This document shows, piece by piece, positions 60,168 to 64,000 of a stretch of DNA of 64,000 nucleotides (positions are counted from its first letter, which is position 1; the number at the start of each line of letters is the position of its first letter). The position numbers were made by a program, and so were the translations under genes. Under the pieces are notes generated by a model. That model was not told where the DNA came from. It saw nothing but the letters and a program-made list of their open reading frames with translations, and did not search any database. This DNA comes from Pecten maximus (Eukaryota): contig NC_047015.1 of NCBI RefSeq assembly GCF_902652985.1, positions 12,276,001 through 12,340,000 on the forward strand, in the 5' to 3' direction.

Positions 60168-60566
60168 TTATATTTGTTTTATCATACTGACATTAACGTA
60201 TATAGCTTATATTTGTTTTATCATACAAACGCTATCGTAGAATGCTGATATTTGTTTTATCATATAAATATTAAGGTAAATGGCCTATTTTTGTTTTATC
60301 ATATAAATATTAACATAGAATGCTTATAATTGTTTTATCATACAAATTTTAACGTACATGTAGATGGCTTATATTTGTTTTGACATACAAATATGAACGT
60401 AGATGGCCTTTATTTATTTTATCATACAAATATTAACGTAGATGGCCTGTATTTGTTTTATCATACCACTACTAACGTAGATGGCTTATATTTGTTTTGT
60501 CATACACAAATAGATGGCCTTTATTTGTTTTATCATACAAATATTAACGTAGATGGCTTATATTTG
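60168..60566. repeat. Diverged ~39-bp AT-rich tandem repeat, about 10 copies
   Basis: Unit TTTGTTTTATCATACAAATATTAACGTAGATGGCTTATA. Confidence 0.8.
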
Positions 60567-60744
60567 TGTCACCTATTACCATTTATAGGGATATATATAA
60601 TTGGGAATCATAAAGACTTTTTCTGGTTATGCAATACTTTTTGTCAGAATATCGTATCTATGATACCGAAGACACCAAATTGAAATGTAGCACATTTAAT
60701 ATAGGAAATATAGAAAAAAAACAACCTTGGGATATATATACATA

Positions 60745-62348
60745 GATGTAAACTGGTTTCTTTTGATGTGGTAAGTCTATACACTAATATTCCACATGAA
60801 CTTGGTATAGAGGCTGTTAAATATTGGCTAAATAAGAAAAGGGAAAAGATTGATTCCCGCTTTAGTAATGATTTCATACTTAAAGCTTTGGAGATTGTTT
60901 TGAAACGTAATGCCTTTTACTTTGACAAAGGATTTTTCCAGCAGATCAAAGGTACTGCTATGGGTACTAAAGTTGCCCCGACATATGCTACTTTAGTTTT
61001 AGGATATCTAGAGGAAACTCTTTATTCTAAAATTGAAACTACGTTTGGAGAAACTTTTACTGAATATGTCAAGAATAACTTTTTAAGGTTTCTTGATGAT
61101 TGTTTTATAATATGGCCTCCAGGTAAGGACGTAGATGAATTTCGTCAAATGTTGAATACTCTTCACCCATCAATTCGTTATACCATGGAGTGTAGCGATA
61201 CTTCGTTACCATTTTTAGATGTTTTAATTCAGATAGATACTTATGGAAGACTTTCTACTGATTTGTATTGCAAAGCTACTGATGCACATAATTATCTTAA
61301 TTTTAATTCAAATCATAGTAAACATACCAAGGTGAATATTCCTTTTAATCTTGCCTCAAGGATTATAACAATTATCAGCGAGAAACAGGTACAAGATATT
61401 AGACTTAGTCATTTGAAACAGTATCTTACTTAAAGCTCAATGCTATCCAGTTGAGGTGATAGAACATGGTATAAGAAAGGCTATTGAAAAGGGACCGTTT
61501 ACATCCCGTGTACGCACAGAAAAATGTAACACAAGATTGATTCCTTTTGTTTCACCTGTTAATCCACGGAATTTCAATGTGTATTCATTGATAAAAAACA
61601 AATGTGAGGAGTTACAGCAAAGCAGCAGCCGTATGAAAAAGATTTTTGATAACCACACTATTTTACATAGTAGACGGCAACCTACACATTTGAAGCAAAT
61701 GTTAACACGTTCTAGGTTTGATAATTCTGGTTTAAGTCCCGGGGTATCAAAATGTAAGACACCTTACATACGTATAATTTCAAAAATGGCTTAAATTTTA
61801 CAGTAAAAGCTAATATGAATTGTAAATCAAAATGTGTTATATATGCCGTTATCTGTTCCAATTGTGGTGATTTTTATATTGGTCAAACTAGTAATGAACT
61901 TAGAACAAGAATGACTGTACATAGGCAACAAACTAAGACCGACTCGTTGCGAAATTTACATGTTAATAAGCATATTCATGATTGTGCCGGTGATCATTTT
62001 AATGTGATACCTTTATACCAATTACATTCGACTGGCACGGTTTTATTAGAAAAGAAAGAGGACCAAATTATAAAAATATTAAAACCAAGCCTCAACAGGC
62101 CATAGAAAAATTGTTATAAATGTGTAAAATGGCGCCACAATTTTAGCTTGTTTTGAAACATTGTACATGTATACCATTGTGACATCACATTATTTATGAC
62201 GTCATTAAGTTGTCTTTTCAAAATAAACACTTTCCTGATGAGCAGCAAGAGCTGCGAAAGCGCTTGAAAGTCAGTCGTCGAGTTTTTTTATTATTATATC
62301 TTTATTCTTACTTTCACATGGAAACAAACTATTTTTTCACTTTACATG
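60745..62348 (+). mobile_element. 5'-truncated, disrupted Penelope-like retroelement (RT plus C-terminal GIY-YIG endonuclease, Neptune-like)
   Basis: RT motifs LVSFDVVSLYTNIP, QIKGTAMGTKVAPTYA, LRFLDDCF, LPFLDV, LYCKATDAHNYL; endonuclease CKSKCVIYAVICSNCGDFYIGQT..RMTVHR. Stop at 61431-61433 and a frameshifting deletion near 61765. Confidence 0.9.
62229..62271 (+). ncRNA. Minimal type I hammerhead ribozyme in the PLE 3' region
   Basis: Stem I ACTTTC/GAAAGT; core CTGATGA; stem II GCAGC-AAGA-GCTGC; GAAA; palindromic AGCGCT stem III; predicted cleavage after CUU. Confidence 0.82.
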
Positions 62349-62374
62349 TATATATATATATATATATAACAATT

Positions 62375-62478
62375 TAACAAGCCTTATTGTTCACACTGTT
62401 TGAATTACTTCTTTGCCCCATATATATATATGTGGGGCAAAGAAGTAATTCAAACAGTGTGAACAATAAGGCTTGTTA
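62375..62478. repeat. Perfect inverted repeat, 46-bp arms around a 12-bp TA-rich spacer
   Basis: 62375-62420 is the reverse complement of 62433-62478. Confidence 0.9.
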
Positions 62479-62489
62479 TATATATATAA

Positions 62490-63310
62490 TTGAAAGTATA
62501 TAATGTCCTTGTGATGGATATACATAGTAATAATAATTAAAAAAAAACACAAACCAGAAATACACTAGCGCTTTCACATTGCTTTGGAGCAAGCTCTTCA
62601 GGTGTAATGAAAGGATTTATTTGTGACGTCATCACTGTGTGCCATAGTTACGTCAAAACAACATAGATTGATGACGTCATAAAAGACAATGATCAAAAGT
62701 ACACATGAATACAAAATTGATGACATCAAAATAAAAAGATACACAATTAGAAATCATGTAATGGAAAACAACTGTTTTTAAAGTAACATTGATTTGGAAT
62801 TACACAGAAATACATTTTGTACATGAGTTAACATATTTTCTTTTGATTCTCTTTCTATAGCATCCGAGCTAGACATTTGGTATATTGGTAAAACATAAAA
62901 CTCACTTTTACAACATTGGTACATATGTTTACTAACCGTTAGAAATCTTAGATTGTCTGTTCTTATTTGCTGTCTATGTACTGTCATACGTTTTCTAATT
63001 TCGTTGCCCGTCTGGCCAATGTAAAATTCTGAACAATTTTTGCAAATCATAGCATAGATAACATTTTTAGATATACAATTCATATTTGCTTTGATTTGAA
63101 ATTTAAATCCATTTTTGAACGTAAAATTGGAACATTCTATGATACTTTCACATGTACCACATCTAGGTCTACCACATTTAGATATACATGGAATTTGCTG
63201 TTCAGAATCAAACTTTGAACGGCATAATTAACGTTTCAAATTTCTTGGTTGTCGCTTACAATTTGTGTCTTTTGTACAATAGTCAGAAAATATCAATTGA
63301 GGAGGCGCAG
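62490..63310 (-). mobile_element. 3' fragment of a second Penelope-like element (Cys-rich linker plus GIY-YIG; Neptune-like)
   Basis: Minus-strand KRQPRNLKR*LCRSKF..SKCGRPRCGTCESI..FKNGFKFQIKANMNCISKNVIYAMICKNCSEFYIGQTG; homologous to but clearly diverged from the plus-strand element. Confidence 0.87.
62561..62606 (-). ncRNA. Minimal type I hammerhead ribozyme of the second PLE
   Basis: Minus strand reads TACAC-CTGAAGA-GCTTGCT-CCAA-AGCAATGT-GAAA-GCGC-TA-GTGTA: stem I TACAC/GTGTA, intact core, bulged stem II, palindromic stem III, predicted cleavage after CUA. Confidence 0.78.
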
Positions 63311-64000
63311 GTGATATAGAAGAGGAAATACTTCTTTTTTTTGTATTTATTTTATTTTTCAAGTTTTCTTCTGCATAGTAAAATACAATAATATAACCCA
63401 TACACTTACACTCGCACATAAGATCATAACCACATCACATCATCATCATCATCATCATCATTCAATATACATGTATCATCATTTTCAAGCTATACAACTG
63501 TACATGCGCTAATTAATAATTATTTCACATATAATGATATATAATTACTATCGTCATCACACCTATGCATACATAATTTGGTCAAGAGGAAATACTTAGT
63601 CATCGTAGATATATGCCAATTCATCGATTACAGAAAGGGAGAGAAAAGGTCGGCCTGATATCTAACATACAAGAATGTACTTGACTTTGCATCGTGACCA
63701 TGACGAGCCATAAACCCGAGAGTGTTTTCACCTTTCTCCGAGTGATAACCTGTAACCGGCACCCAATCACAACATAAACAGCCATCACGAGACCACCGGG
63801 AAAGATAAGTAGCTGATGGCCTACTCTAGATAGGTACTTTGCTTTGTCCTTCATAAAGTATACACAAACGCACTGTGATAAACGTTTTATGAACACAACT
63901 TTCATGATTTTTATGAAACTCTTCGTGTGTGTGATGGCCACATTTTATTGGAACTTTATAAAGCATATTGAAAAAATTCACTATGGTGGCAAGAAACATT

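Noticed and set aside
63621-63941. 106-aa minus-strand ORF at the window end
   Set aside because: No recognisable motif and no supported splice context.

Overview
AT-rich, intron-containing animal genomic DNA, probably from a bivalve mollusc (inferred from the repeat types). It holds four host genes arranged as two head-to-head pairs. Pair 1 is TEX2 (minus strand, 3' part outside the window) with a complete 22-exon IRE1/ERN1 gene (884 aa: luminal domain, TM, kinase, KEN RNase). Pair 2 is a single-coding-exon ankyrin/SOCS-box gene (minus) with a complete 7-exon IFT27/RABL4 gene (188 aa). Many introns carry their own tandem-repeat array. Two arrays straddle exon-intron junctions and multiply real splice sites: 20 copies of the IFT27 exon-5 acceptor and 5 copies of the IRE1 exon-18 donor. 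Two others carry donor-like hexamers next to a GC or non-consensus donor. The last 3.5 kb contain two different decayed Penelope-like retroelements tail-to-tail, each with a minimal hammerhead ribozyme, separated by a perfect 46-bp-arm hairpin in (TA)n. Helentron-type non-autonomous elements, MITEs, a CR1-type LINE fragment and a 4.5-kb satellite fill the rest. Exon boundaries were derived by hand from splice signals, reading-frame phase and remembered protein homology; no database search was run.
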